NCBI GenBank assembly: GCA_965219955.1
Contig: OZ244799.1
Span: 160,001-224,000, forward strand
Length of the DNA: 64,000 nucleotides
DNA from: a bacterium
GTDB lineage: Bacteria; UBA8248
Reading direction: 5' to 3'
The notes under the pieces were generated by a model, which worked only from the letters and a program-made list of their open reading frames with translations, searched no databases and was not told the origin of the DNA. The translations under genes were made by a program, and so were the position numbers. Position 1 is the first letter of the stretch, and every line of letters starts with the position of its first letter. Of this stretch, positions 38,424 through 50,706 are shown piece after piece.

Positions 38424-39200
38424 TTATTTTCCCTGAAAATCAGCGGCTCTTTTCTCGAGGAACGCGGAGGCGCCCTCGACCTTGTCCTCCGTCGTCATGA
38501 GGCAGGCCTGGCCGAGGCGCTCGGCCACCATGCCCGCCTCGGGGCCGAATTTTAAGCCGGTGTTGATGGCGATCTTCGCGATGCGCACCGCCAGCGGCCC
38601 CTTGCTCATCATCTTTTTCGCGCATTTGCGCGCAGCTTCCAGCAGTTCCCCGGCCGGGACGACCTGGTTCACCAGCCCGATGCGGTGGGCCTCTTGCGCG
38701 TCGATGATATCGCCCGTCAGGATGAGTTCCTTCGCCTTGCCGACGCCCACCAGGGAGGCGAGCCTCTGGGTGCCGCCCGCTCCGGGCATGATGCCGAGAT
38801 TGACCTCTGGTTGCCCGAACCGGGCGGTTTCGCTCGCGATGCGGACGTCGCAAGCCATTGAAAGTTCACACCCTCCGCCCAAGGCGAAGCCGTTGACCGC
38901 GGCGATGACGGGTTTCTCGATCACCTCGAGCCGCATGAGGGCGCGTTGCGAGGGGGCCGCCAGCCCGTCGATGAGGCTTCGCTCCTTGATCTGGGCGATG
39001 TCCGAACCCGCGGCGAAGCATTTATCGCCGGCGCCCGTGAAGATGATGACCCCCACCCCATCGTCCGCTTCGAGTTCTTCCACAACGGCGCCCACTTCGC
39101 GCCAGGTCCGGGGGTCGAGCGCGTTTCTCTTCTCGGGGCGGTTGATGGTGATGAGCGCCATTCCTCCCGATTTCTCGATCAACAGGTTTTCGTACGGCAT
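38424..39200 (-). CDS. Enoyl-CoA hydratase/isomerase (crotonase)
   Basis: INRPEKRNAL, AAVNGFALGGGCEL, FGQPEVNLGIMPGAGGTQRL; AGGAG RBS before ATG at 39200. Confidence 0.93.
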   Translation of the reverse strand: MPYENLLIEKSGGMALITINRPEKRNALDPRTWREVGAVVEELEADDGVGVIIFTGAGDKCFAAGSDIAQIKERSLIDGLAAPSQRALMRLEVIEKPVIAAVNGFALGGGCELSMACDVRIASETARFGQPEVNLGIMPGAGGTQRLASLVGVGKAKELILTGDIIDAQEAHRIGLVNQVVPAGELLEAARKCAKKMMSKGPLAVRIAKIAINTGLKFGPEAGMVAERLGQACLMTTEDKVEGASAFLEKRAADFQGK

Positions 39201-39435
39201 TTCGATGAACTCCTTTCGCGTTGCGTATGTGAGGTTCTCCATCGCGGGGAGAAGTACGTAAGCCCTGATTCGGCGAGAAGATAGCCTATGGCGCGGCGTT
39301 CGTCATCCGGCGATGCGACAGGAGGGACGATTGCAAGGAGTTTCAGAAAATTTTCTCGCGCCGGGTTCCCCGCCCGATCGATCGCGCATCGCTAAATGAA
39401 GAAGAATCAGCGGTTTGGAAGGCAAGTCCATGTTG

Positions 39436-39462
39436 TTAGCAGCCGGGTACCTCGAGTGCTAA
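39436..39462. promoter_or_regulatory. CIRCE operator upstream of groES
   Basis: TTAGCAGCC-N9-GAGTGCTAA, followed by TTGACA at 39469-39474 and TATACA 17 nt later. Confidence 0.88.
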
Positions 39463-39613
39463 TAACGCTTGACAAACATTCTCATTTTCCATATACACTC
39501 GCTCAGAAACGAGGGGTCGAACATTCGGGTGGTGAGTTTCCGGAAACACGACTCCAGGCAACAAACGGCTTCGATGAAATCAGCAGCATTTTTCTACTGA
39601 CAAGGAGGAAGTG

Positions 39614-39916
39614 ATGGCAAAGACGAAAACCAGGATACAGCCTCTTCAGGATCGCATTTTGGTGAAGCGTCTGGATGAAGAAGAGGAACAGATCGGCGGG
39701 ATCATCATCCCTGATTCCGCAAAAGAAAAACCTCAGGAGGGGGAAGTGATCGCCGTCGGCCCCGGCAAGGTGACCGATGACGGGAAAAGGCAGGCGCCCG
39801 AAGTGAGCGAGGGCGACAAAATTCTTTTCGCCAAGTATGCGGGCACCGAGGTGAAGTCCGATGGCGAAGAGTATCTGATCATGCGCGAAGACGATGTGCT
39901 GGCGGTCGTCAACTAG
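39614..39916 (+). CDS. groES: Co-chaperonin GroES
   Basis: [34 protein letters not shown]. Confidence 0.97.
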   Translation: MAKTKTRIQPLQDRILVKRLDEEEEQIGGIIIPDSAKEKPQEGEVIAVGPGKVTDDGKRQAPEVSEGDKILFAKYAGTEVKSDGEEYLIMREDDVLAVVN

Positions 39917-41590
<1,674 letters not shown>

Positions 41591-41610
41591 GTTGTTGTCT
41601 TGAAGTTCGA

Positions 41611-41639
41611 AGGGGGCCTCCGAGAGGCCCCCTTTTTTT
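41611..41639 (+). terminator. Intrinsic terminator after groEL
   Basis: GGGGGCCTC-cga-GAGGCCCCC followed by T7. Confidence 0.9.
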
Positions 41640-41794
41640 GTGGAGAATTGTTACCGAGTGTCTTTTTGAGCATCTTTAACGGAAGTCGAGTGTCTGATAA
41701 AATTACAGTCCAGAGAGTTTCTGGTGGCTCACTCCTCTGGTTTACCTCCTCGTACGCATTCAGGCGATGACGGAGATCGGGTGGAGGGGAACAT

Positions 41795-43522
41795 ATGGGG
41801 AAAACTGAGTCGAAAAAGTTCTCTCTCTCGCTTTTCTTGCTCTCGCTATTTCTGCACCTGTTCGTATTCGCGGCATCGAGTCATGAATACGTTTGGAAAA
41901 TTCCTGATCGAGCGAGCCGTCCACTCAAATTTCGAGTCGTGTCCGTCGAGAAACCTGAGGAAAAACTCCCCCCGAACCTCCAGAGTCGGTTTTTATCGAC
42001 TGCCAACCGAAAAGAAAGTGGCGTCGGCAAACCCAGCAAGACCCCGCGCTTAAGGCGCGAAGATAGAGACCAGCTTCCTTCTCGCAGGGGTGTCGTTAGC
42101 CCTGAGGCAGCGTCTTTGGCGCCGGCTCCAAAGTCGAAGGCTCCACCTCCAGCCGTCCTGCCGGTGAGCCCCGAGCCCCCTGCAGTCGTAACGCCGAAAC
42201 CTGAACCGAAGAAGGTGGAAAAATTACAGGAAAGGAAAGCTCCTGAAACTTCGGAGATAACGGAAACGCCAAGGCCCATCGAAACGGCGAGTCTTGCCCC
42301 GGCGCCAGAGCCTTCGGTCAAGACCCCGCCGCCCGCGATTCCAGAAAAGGTGACACCGAAAGCAAAGCCGACGACAACCCAAAAGCCCGAGAGAGAAAAA
42401 AAAGAAGCCGAAGCGATTCCGAAGATCGAGAACAAACCCAGGCCGGTGGTCGAGAAAGAAACGGTGAATGTGGTTGCAGAGAAAAAGCCTCGAAAGGAGA
42501 GCCGGGAAATCGAGGCGAAGAAAAAAAACAAAGAGGAACTCAGCTTGGCCGCATTGCCCCCGGCCCCGAAGCCGAAGGCCCGAGTTCCAGCCGCCCTGCC
42601 GGTGAGTCCAAAACCCCCGGCAGTCGCAACGCCGAAACCTGAACCCAAGAAGGTGGAAAAATCGAAGGAAAAGAAAGCCCCTGAAACTTTGGAAACCAAG
42701 GAAACGCCAAAGCCGAAGGAAATGGCGGGACTTGCCCCGGCGCCCGAGCCTTTACCCAAGCCGTCGCCGCCTGTTCATAGAGAAAACATAAAACCAAAAC
42801 CAAAAGCAAAGCCGAAGGCAGAAGACAATCCGGAAAAGAAGAAAATAGAAACCAAAACGCTTCCCAAAAAGAAGCCCGAACCCGAGCCGGTGGTCAAGAA
42901 AAAAGCGGTAAAGAAGGTTGTCAAAAAGAAGGTTGCCAAGGAAAAGCCTCGAAAGGAGAGCGAGAAAGTCGAAGCGAAGAAACGGACGAAGGAGAAGGTT
43001 GAACTGGCCGCGCTGAAGCCGGTTCCTCGACCTGTCCGGCCGCTGCGACCAGCCCCCAAGCGCCCTCAACCACCTCAACCAAAGGATCCCTTGGCGCTGT
43101 TTCGAGTGAAGCCCCGGCCTGGTGGCAAACCCAAGCTACCTAAATTCGATCTCTCAGACGAGGTAGCGGACAGAATCGCCAAAAGAAGCTTATCGGATGA
43201 AGACCCGGGGAAAGAAGAAGGAGAAACCATTTCGCTGGACACCCGTGATTTTCGGTACGCTTCTTATTTCGCTCATATCAAGCGGAGAATCCAAAACGCC
43301 TGGATATGGCCTGCCGAGGCGCAAAAAAACAGGGGCGAGTTGTTGTTGCGCTTTAAGCTGCGAAAAAACGGAACTTTGGAGGAAGTGCGCCTGATCAAGT
43401 CCGCGGGGGTTCGCATCCTCGATGATCTGGCGATGGCCGCCGTCACCAAGGCGGCGCCGTTCAATCCGTTTCCAGAAGGTCTTGAACGCAAGTCGATTAC
43501 CGCCACGTTCGTCTATGAGTGA
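41795..43522 (+). CDS. TonB/TolA-family energy transducer with long Pro/Lys/Glu linker
   Basis: N-terminal TM with SLFLH, long PEK-rich linker, TonB_C-like end (YFAHIKRRIQNAW..SAGVRILDDLAMAAVTKAAPF). Confidence 0.85.
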   Translation: MGKTESKKFSLSLFLLSLFLHLFVFAASSHEYVWKIPDRASRPLKFRVVSVEKPEEKLPPNLQSRFLSTANRKESGVGKPSKTPRLRREDRDQLPSRRGVVSPEAASLAPAPKSKAPPPAVLPVSPEPPAVVTPKPEPKKVEKLQERKAPETSEITETPRPIETASLAPAPEPSVKTPPPAIPEKVTPKAKPTTTQKPEREKKEAEAIPKIENKPRPVVEKETVNVVAEKKPRKESREIEAKKKNKEELSLAALPPAPKPKARVPAALPVSPKPPAVATPKPEPKKVEKSKEKKAPETLETKETPKPKEMAGLAPAPEPLPKPSPPVHRENIKPKPKAKPKAEDNPEKKKIETKTLPKKKPEPEPVVKKKAVKKVVKKKVAKEKPRKESEKVEAKKRTKEKVELAALKPVPRPVRPLRPAPKRPQPPQPKDPLALFRVKPRPGGKPKLPKFDLSDEVADRIAKRSLSDEDPGKEEGETISLDTRDFRYASYFAHIKRRIQNAWIWPAEAQKNRGELLLRFKLRKNGTLEEVRLIKSAGVRILDDLAMAAVTKAAPFNPFPEGLERKSITATFVYE

Positions 43523-43563
43523 GCCGGGGGCATCGTTTCCGAATTTTGGGGCGATCTATTTGG

Positions 43564-43592
43564 TTGACACCTGCAAGTGCTGATTTTAGGAT
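43564..43592 (+). promoter_or_regulatory. sigma70-type promoter of the DtxR-family gene
   Basis: TTGACA-17-TAGGAT. Confidence 0.6.
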
Positions 43593-43631
43593 GATTTTTT
43601 TCCGATTCACTGCTAATCAGAGGGTCACCCT

Positions 43632-44303
43632 TTGTCCGAATCATCGCCGCGGTTGAGCAAGCAAATCGAAGATTATCTGAAGAACATCTTCAAGCTGCAG
43701 CAGGATGCATCTCCTGTTACCACGAGTGCGATCGCGGATTGCATGGAAATATCGGCGGCATCGGTAACGAGCATGGTCAAGAAACTCGATCACCAGGGGC
43801 TGCTCACATATACACCGTATAAGGGGGTCGTTTTAAGCTCAAGGGGAGAGAAAGTCGCCCTGGAGATTATTCGGCATCATCGGTTGCTCGAACTGTATCT
43901 CAACCAAAAGATGGGGATTGAATGGGACAAGGTGGATGTCGAAGCGGAAGAATTGGAGCATGTCCTGAGTGAGGAGCTGGAAGCAGTTTTGGACAAGGAA
44001 CTCGGCTATCCCACCCTGGATCCCCATGGGGATCCGATCCCCGCCAAAGACGGCACCATGATTGACACGAACGAAATCGTTCTCCTCTCTCTCGAGGTGG
44101 GGCGGGTAACGAAAATCACCCGCGTATTGCAGGATGATCCGAATATATTGCGGTACCTGGGAGAGCTTGGGTTTTTCCCCGAAATGCCCATAGAGGTCAT
44201 CGAACAATCACCCCTCGCCGGTACGGTAACGTTGCTGGTAAATGGAAACAGGCATACGTTGGGTCGTGATATCGCCTCTCGAATTTTCGCACTGAATGAA
44301 TAA
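43632..44303 (+). CDS. DtxR/MntR metal-dependent repressor with FeoA domain
   Basis: EDYLKNI, RHHRLLELYL, AEELEH, DPHGDPIP. Confidence 0.92.
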   Translation: MSESSPRLSKQIEDYLKNIFKLQQDASPVTTSAIADCMEISAASVTSMVKKLDHQGLLTYTPYKGVVLSSRGEKVALEIIRHHRLLELYLNQKMGIEWDKVDVEAEELEHVLSEELEAVLDKELGYPTLDPHGDPIPAKDGTMIDTNEIVLLSLEVGRVTKITRVLQDDPNILRYLGELGFFPEMPIEVIEQSPLAGTVTLLVNGNRHTLGRDIASRIFALNE

Positions 44304-44347
44304 AACCACCATCGTTGCGTTCTTAAGCAATTTCATGAGGAGAAGAC

Positions 44348-44911
44348 ATGCCCCCCAGGAAACAAGCAACCAAAAAGAAGCCCGCCCCAAAAGATTTTGA
44401 CCACCGCTTCCGCGCCATCTATGCCAAGGATGTCGAATGGCAGGAAGATGTGAGCAACGATCTGCTTACCCTGCCGCCGGGAGTGAAGGTGAAGATTTTC
44501 GCTCACGATCCGGTGATGAAGCGAATCGACATGAAGGTGAAATTCCCGAAAGGCTATGTAGAGCCCCGTCATACGCACAAGAGCTGGCATTCCATTCTGG
44601 TGACCCGGGGCAGGATGTGCGTGGCGGGCAAGGATTTGAGGCCGGGCGATTACGTTTTCGGGTGGGATTTGCCGCACGGCCCGTATGAATACCCCGATGG
44701 ATGTGAAGTGTTCGTCGTCTTCATGGGCGACGGCACGCAGCATGTCTGGGAAGAAGAAAAGCATCTGAAGCACAAACTGAAATGGGAGGCCGAATCGGCC
44801 GCGGGCAAAAAAGCCGTCGCCAAAGGCGATGCGGCCAGGAAACAGACGTTGGCGGAAAAGAGAGCGGCCGCGAAATCCAAAGCGAAGAGAAAAACACGTC
44901 GTTCGGGGTGA
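44348..44911 (+). CDS. Cupin-domain protein (ChrR-like) with basic tail
   Basis: EPRHTH..H..G..LRPGDY..PHGP metal-binding cupin motifs. Confidence 0.75.
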   Translation: MPPRKQATKKKPAPKDFDHRFRAIYAKDVEWQEDVSNDLLTLPPGVKVKIFAHDPVMKRIDMKVKFPKGYVEPRHTHKSWHSILVTRGRMCVAGKDLRPGDYVFGWDLPHGPYEYPDGCEVFVVFMGDGTQHVWEEEKHLKHKLKWEAESAAGKKAVAKGDAARKQTLAEKRAAAKSKAKRKTRRSG

Positions 44912-44915
44912 GGTG

Positions 44916-45935
44916 ATGAGGCCGCAGCGAATCGCCGTAATCGGCGCCGGCGCCTGGGGGACGGCGCTGGCGGATTCGTTCTCGGGAATCGGCCACGAGG
45001 TGATGCTCTGGGTGTTCGAGGCCGACCTTTGCGCCCGCATGGCGTCGAACCGCGAGAATGATTTGTACCTCCCGGGCATCGCCCTGCGCGATGATTTGCG
45101 TTTCACGTCCGATCTGGCGGAAGCCGCCTCGGCGGGCCAGGATTTCCTCGTGAGCGTGATGCCGAGCCACGTCGTCCGGGCGGTGTGGTCGAAGCTGGCG
45201 CCTTCGGTTCACGAGGAAACGCTCATCACAAGCGCCACGAAGGGCGTGGAAGAGAATACTCTGCTCCTGTCCACCCAGGTTATCGCAGAATGCCTCGCCG
45301 AGGCGGGCGGCGGCGGGCGCGCCCTCGCCTGTCTCTCGGGTCCTACGTTCGCCCGCGAACTCGCGGAAAGAAAGCCCACGGCCATCACGGCTGCGTCCGA
45401 AGATTCCGGGGCCGCGAAGGCGATCCAGGAGGCGCTCGCAGCACCCAATTTCAGGATATACACGGGCGCTGATCCAGTCGGCGTCCAGTTGGGCGGGGCG
45501 CTCAAGAACGTCATCGCCCTGGCGGCGGGAATCGCGGACGGCATGGAACTCGGCCACAACGCGCGGGCGGCGCTCATCGTGCGCGGGCTGGCGGAAATCG
45601 GGCGCCTGGGCGTGGCGATGGGCGGCAGGGCGGAAACCTTCGCGGGCCTTGCCGGTATGGGCGATCTGGTGCTCACGTGCACGGGAGATCTCAGCCGGAA
45701 CAGGACGGTGGGCGTGCGGCTGGGGAGGGGCGAGCCCCTGCAGAAGATCCTCGAATCCATGACGGCCGTGGCGGAGGGCGTCTCCACCGCGCCGGCGGCC
45801 GTGGGACTGGCGGACAAGTTCGGCGTGGAGATGCCCATATGCCGCGAGGTTCACGCCGTGTTGTTCGAGGGTCGGAGTCCCAGGGACGCCGTGCGCGACC
45901 TCATGGCTCGTCCGCTCAAGGCCGAACTGCCCTAG
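44916..45935 (+). CDS. gpsA: NAD(P)H-dependent glycerol-3-phosphate dehydrogenase
   Basis: GAGAWGTALA, LSGPTFA, GGALKNVIA, GDLVLTCTGDLSRN. Confidence 0.96.
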   Translation: MRPQRIAVIGAGAWGTALADSFSGIGHEVMLWVFEADLCARMASNRENDLYLPGIALRDDLRFTSDLAEAASAGQDFLVSVMPSHVVRAVWSKLAPSVHEETLITSATKGVEENTLLLSTQVIAECLAEAGGGGRALACLSGPTFARELAERKPTAITAASEDSGAAKAIQEALAAPNFRIYTGADPVGVQLGGALKNVIALAAGIADGMELGHNARAALIVRGLAEIGRLGVAMGGRAETFAGLAGMGDLVLTCTGDLSRNRTVGVRLGRGEPLQKILESMTAVAEGVSTAPAAVGLADKFGVEMPICREVHAVLFEGRSPRDAVRDLMARPLKAELP

Positions 45936-46424
45936 GCGGCCGCGCGCAAATGCGGGCAGTTGCGGGGAAATGCGCGGGAGGCGAAAAACTTTTTTTGCCG
46001 CTATATATGAGTGTGTGACGCTCATGTCTATATGATAACCCTTTATATTACAATCGCTTAAACGGGAAATAATTTTCAATAATTTATCGAAAAACCCCGT
46101 AAATTTATCGAATTTTACGGGAAATAGGATTATTTTCATTTCCATCGTTATCCATGAACCCATGAACGCAACTCCCTGGCGAGAAAAAGCCCCCCTGAGG
46201 AAGGTTGGGAGGTCCGCCGCCTTCACTCTCGCTCCAAAGCCTGATTCCATAAAAAAGCCTCCGCGTCTTCCTTTAATTCCAGCCAATGCGGGAAAAACCG
46301 TTTTCCCGCGTCGCGCGCACGATACCGAATCTTGGAAAATGCAGGGATACGGCAAATGCGGGGAAATGCGGGAAAAAGTCGGGTGAGGAGGGGTTGTTGA
46401 AAAATCTCCGAGGAGAGAGAAATC

Positions 46425-46602
46425 ACTCCCCCCTTGAGGGGGAGTCGATGAGGTGAGGGTGCAAACCCGAAACCGAATCGGTGGGGGGTATAATTCGGAA
46501 TGGCAAGAAAACGCATTCTCCCCCCCACATCGGCCTTCGCACAAACCGCTCGGCCTCTGTCGGGCTTTCCCCTCGGGAAGTCCGACCCCCTCAAGGGGGG
46601 AG
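46425..46602. repeat. Palindromic repeat family C copy 2
   Basis: ACTCCCCCCTTGAGGGGGAGT...CCCCCTCAAGGGGGGAG. Confidence 0.75.
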
Positions 46603-46811
46603 GGAGTTTTACCATCAATAGAGGGAAGAGATTCCGTAGGGGCGGCTCGCGAGCCGCCCGTGCTTCTTGGAGAACGCCGTCATTCCGGCGTCAATTCCGG
46701 CCGAGGTGAAGATTCCCCATAGGGGCGGACCCGCGTGTCCGCCCGCAAGGTTCCTCAATCGACTACCATCCCCCCTTGCTTCTCCCCGCGCAATCGGCGA
46801 AAAGATAACGC

Positions 46812-49800
46812 ATGAGTCCGGTCAACCGAAACTTGACGACGGCGGTGGAGAATTACTTCTCCGATCTCTCGCGCATCCGCGCATCGGGCGGAGCGACGGG
46901 GGAGCGATCATACTACCCGGCTCTCGACAACCTTATCGGGGCCGTTGGCGGTGTGCTAAGACCCAAGGTGTTTTGCATCCCCGAACTCGCGAATCAGGGC
47001 GCGGGCCATCCCGATTTCGGCCTCTATGCGGCGAAGCAGGTGCAAAGGGGCGAACCCCGCGCGGGCCAGACGCCAGAGCGCGGCGTGGTGGAAGTGAAGT
47101 CCGCAGAAGAAGACGCCTGGCTTACGATGGAATCCGATCAGGTGAGCCGCTACTGGAACCGCTACCACCTCGTACTGGTCACGAACACGCGCGATTTCCT
47201 CCTTTTGGGCGAAAAGGCGGGACAGCCGGCCAAGCTGGAATCTTTCCGTCTGGCCGAGAACGTGGAAGACTTCGAGCGGCGTCTGGAAAGACCCCGCGCC
47301 TTCGCCCGCAGCATGGGAGCCGGACTGGCGGAATACTTGACCCGCGCCCTGTCCCATCAGGCGGCCATCGCGGAGCCGAAGGATTTGGCGTGGCTTTTGG
47401 CGTCCTATGCGCGCGACGGTCTCTCACGTGTCGAGCGCATCGATGCGGCGGGAGACGCGCTGGCCGCGCTGCGGGGCGCGCTGGAAGAGGGCCTAGGCGT
47501 CCGCTTCGAGGGGGAGCGAGGGACGCGATTTTTTCACTCCACTCTCGTGCAGACGCTCTTCTACGGCGTCTTCTCCGCATGGGTGCTCTGGGCGAGACAA
47601 CCGACCCGGCAAACGGACGCTTTCAACTGGCGCGAGGCCGTCTGGCATCTGCGCGCGCCCGTCCTCGCCGCGTTGTTTCAGGAGGTCGCGGCCCCCAACC
47701 GCCTGCAACTTTTCGATCTGGTCGAAGTGCTCGACTGGACCGCCGCCGCACTGGATCGCGTGGACAGGGAGGCCTTCTTCGCACAGTTCAATGAGGGCGA
47801 GGCGGTTCCCTATTTCTACGAGCCGTTTCTGGAGGCCTTCGACCCTGCGCTCAGGAAGCAACTCGGCGTGTGGTATACGCCGAACGAGGTCGTGCGCTAC
47901 ATGGTCGCCCGCGTGGACAAGGCGTTAAAAGACGATCTCGAAATCGCCGAAGGCCTGGCGGCGGAAAACGTCTACGTGCTCGACCCTTGCTGCGGCACGG
48001 GGGCCTATCTGGCCGAAGTCCTGCGGCGCATCAATGCGAATCTGGCGGGCCAGGGCTTGGGCGCGCTCGCGGGCGCGCGGGTGAAGGAAGCGGCCCTGAA
48101 TCGCGTGTTCGGCTTCGAGATTATGCCCGCCCCCTTCGTCGTCGCGCATTTGCAGGTCGGCCTCGCCCTGGATGGACTCGGCGCGCCGCTGGCGGATGAG
48201 GAGCGCGCGGGCGTATTCCTCACCAACGCGCTCACCGGCTGGGAGCCCGGGGCGAACAGGCCGCTCCCCTTTCCTGAACTGGAAGAGGAGCGCGACCGCG
48301 CGGAGCGTGTAAAACAAGAGACACCCGTTCTCGTGATTCTCGGCAACCCGCCCTACAACGGCTTCGCGGGCGTGGCCGTGGATGAGGAGCGCGAGCTGTC
48401 GAACGCCTACCGGGCGACGCGGCGCGTCCGAAAACCCGAAGGGCATGGGCTGAACGACCTCTACGTGCGCTTTTTCCGCATGGCGGAACGGCGCATCGTG
48501 GAGAAGACGGGCCGGGGGGTGGTGTGCTTCATCTCAAACTATTCCTGGCTCGACGGACTTTCCTTCCCCGGAATGCGCGAGCGTTATCTGGAAGCCTTCG
48601 ACGCCGTGCGGATCGACAACCTGCATGGTGACCGCATTATCTCGGAATATGCTCCTGACGGGCGAACCAGTGAAACAGTCTTCGCGCTTCGTGGACAATC
48701 ACCAGGTATCAAGGTCGGCACGAGTATCGCTTTGTTCACCAAGTCGGGAGTCGCCGAGACATCGACGGAAGGGCGTGTTCAATATCGCGATTTCCACCAG
48801 GCCAAAGCTGAAGATAGACGACTGGCGTTGTTGGAGAGTCTCAACGCCGCCGACCTCGACGCAGGCTATTCGACCCTGGAGCCTAACCTTAAACTCGGTT
48901 TGCCGTTCAAGCCCGCGATAGTGAGCGAAAAATGGTTCGACTGGCCTGCCCTGCTCGAACTGTTTCCGACCGCGTTTCCCGGCGTCAAGACCAGCCGAGA
49001 TTCGTTTCTCGTAGATACCGACCTTGACCGACTTAAAGCCCGCATGGGTGATTACTTTGATCCGGATTTGAGCCACGAAGAGATCGCGCGGCGTTATCCC
49101 CGCGTGATGCAGACCACCGGGCGGTTTGACGCCCGCGCAACGCGCGACGCGCTCCTCGCGCGCGGCGGCCCGAGTGAGAGCGGCTTCATTCGTTTCGCCT
49201 ACCGGCCATTCGACACTCGCTGGCTCTACTGGGAGGCGGAAACAAAACTGCTTGATGAGAAGCGCGCCGAATACAAACCGCACGTGTTTGAGGAGAACAT
49301 GTGTTTTGTCCTACAAAACGCGGCGAGACCTGATCTGTCTCCTCCTTTACTTATTAAAGAGATAGGTGATCTCAATCAGATGAATAGTGGTGTCTATTGT
49401 GTCCCCGTATGGCTCGACGCAGACGAGCTAGACATGGCCAATGGTGGGCATCGCCCGAATCTTTCCGAAGCGGCGCAAGGCTACCTGAAGCGTGTCGGCG
49501 GGAGTATTGAGGATTTGTTCCACCATACCCTCGCTACGCTACACGACTTTACCTACCAAGAAGATAATGCGGACGCTTTGAGAGCAGAAGGCCCGCGTAT
49601 TCCACTCCCCGGCTGGCCGAACGGCGGAGGGAAAGACGCTGCGGAGATTTTGGCCGAATCCGCCGCGCGGGGCCGCGAACTCGCGGCATTGCTCGACCCC
49701 GAGACGCCCGTTCCGGGTGTAACCCAAGCTCCCCTGAGACCTGAGATGGCCGCCGTCGCCGTTCCCGCCACGGAGCGCGGAAGCCAGATGACGGGCGATG

Positions 49801-50165
49801 ATTTCTCCGTAACGGCAGGGTGGGGACACTTCGGAGCGGGAGACGCCGTGATGCCCGGCGCGGGCCGCGCCGTCGAGCGGGCCTGGACGGATGAGGAACG
49901 CGTCGCCCTGTGCGATGCGCTGTCCGCCCTCGGCGAGACGGCTTTCGACGTATATCTCAACGAGTGCGCCTTCTGGCGGGGCGTCCCTGCAAAGGTATGG
50001 AGCTACAAGCTCGGCGGCTACCAGGTTTTGAAGAAGTGGCTCTCCTATCGCGAGCAGACCATTCTCGAACGTCCCCTTAAGCCGGAAGAAGTCCGGCACT
50101 TCACCGACACGGCGCGAAGAATTGCGGGGATTTTGATGCTGACGGATGGAAATACGCAATGCTGA
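46812..50165 (+). CDS. Single-chain restriction-modification enzyme (nuclease, N6-adenine MTase, type ISP-like specificity domain)
   Basis: N-terminal PDFG...VEVK (PD-(D/E)xK), YFYEPFL..GVWYTP, LDPCCGTG, GNPPY, YRPFD, C-terminal GGYQVLKKWLSYR; no helicase motifs. Confidence 0.88.
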   Translation: MSPVNRNLTTAVENYFSDLSRIRASGGATGERSYYPALDNLIGAVGGVLRPKVFCIPELANQGAGHPDFGLYAAKQVQRGEPRAGQTPERGVVEVKSAEEDAWLTMESDQVSRYWNRYHLVLVTNTRDFLLLGEKAGQPAKLESFRLAENVEDFERRLERPRAFARSMGAGLAEYLTRALSHQAAIAEPKDLAWLLASYARDGLSRVERIDAAGDALAALRGALEEGLGVRFEGERGTRFFHSTLVQTLFYGVFSAWVLWARQPTRQTDAFNWREAVWHLRAPVLAALFQEVAAPNRLQLFDLVEVLDWTAAALDRVDREAFFAQFNEGEAVPYFYEPFLEAFDPALRKQLGVWYTPNEVVRYMVARVDKALKDDLEIAEGLAAENVYVLDPCCGTGAYLAEVLRRINANLAGQGLGALAGARVKEAALNRVFGFEIMPAPFVVAHLQVGLALDGLGAPLADEERAGVFLTNALTGWEPGANRPLPFPELEEERDRAERVKQETPVLVILGNPPYNGFAGVAVDEERELSNAYRATRRVRKPEGHGLNDLYVRFFRMAERRIVEKTGRGVVCFISNYSWLDGLSFPGMRERYLEAFDAVRIDNLHGDRIISEYAPDGRTSETVFALRGQSPGIKVGTSIALFTKSGVAETSTEGRVQYRDFHQAKAEDRRLALLESLNAADLDAGYSTLEPNLKLGLPFKPAIVSEKWFDWPALLELFPTAFPGVKTSRDSFLVDTDLDRLKARMGDYFDPDLSHEEIARRYPRVMQTTGRFDARATRDALLARGGPSESGFIRFAYRPFDTRWLYWEAETKLLDEKRAEYKPHVFEENMCFVLQNAARPDLSPPLLIKEIGDLNQMNSGVYCVPVWLDADELDMANGGHRPNLSEAAQGYLKRVGGSIEDLFHHTLATLHDFTYQEDNADALRAEGPRIPLPGWPNGGGKDAAEILAESAARGRELAALLDPETPVPGVTQAPLRPEMAAVAVPATERGSQMTGDDFSVTAGWGHFGAGDAVMPGAGRAVERAWTDEERVALCDALSALGETAFDVYLNECAFWRGVPAKVWSYKLGGYQVLKKWLSYREQTILERPLKPEEVRHFTDTARRIAGILMLTDGNTQC

Positions 50166-50689
50166 AACTGGACTGGGGCGACGCACAGATATGGATGGAC
50201 ACGGCGGAGATGCTGTACCTGCAGAATGCTAAGAATCCAGGAGAATTTTTTCCGAGGGCAGATTATCCGCGCATGAACGAGTTGAACGTAGCAAACGTAT
50301 GCGCCGGATATGCGTTTGAACTGATATTCAAAGTTCTGGCGAGAGCGGGCGGCAAGCAACCCGAACCCGTACACAAACCGAGCGTTGCCTATGGGTGTCT
50401 TGAGCAAGAAGGAAAAGATTTGGTCAACCGGATTGTCGTCGATCATGGGTGGAACAACCCCGATGAGTTGCTGGAATTTCTCGACGAAGAACTTTGCCAT
50501 AGGGATCGCAAATACTGGATGCGCCCACCGAAAGGCGGAAAGGCGCGGGGAACATTCCACTCCGGCGGACGAAAAGGATTGGATGCTCTCAAGAGATTGC
50601 ACAAGGAACTTTCTAAATTGGCGATAAAAAGAATAGAGGACAACCAGGATGGTTATGAAGATTGGTCGGGTACAGATCAACGCTTATAG
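50159..50689 (+). CDS. Hypothetical protein, possibly HEPN-like
   Basis: Overlaps the RM stop (ATGCTGA); AGYAFELIFKVL..H helix resembles HEPN N-terminal motif; lower GC. Confidence 0.5.
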   Translation: MLKLDWGDAQIWMDTAEMLYLQNAKNPGEFFPRADYPRMNELNVANVCAGYAFELIFKVLARAGGKQPEPVHKPSVAYGCLEQEGKDLVNRIVVDHGWNNPDELLEFLDEELCHRDRKYWMRPPKGGKARGTFHSGGRKGLDALKRLHKELSKLAIKRIEDNQDGYEDWSGTDQRL

Positions 50690-50706
50690 ATTTAGAGGAC
50701 GGGCAA

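Noticed and set aside
45940-46380. Replication origin or dif site
   Set aside because: No clear TTATCCACA box cluster, no dnaA context, and the 28-bp motif does not match the XerC/XerD consensus.
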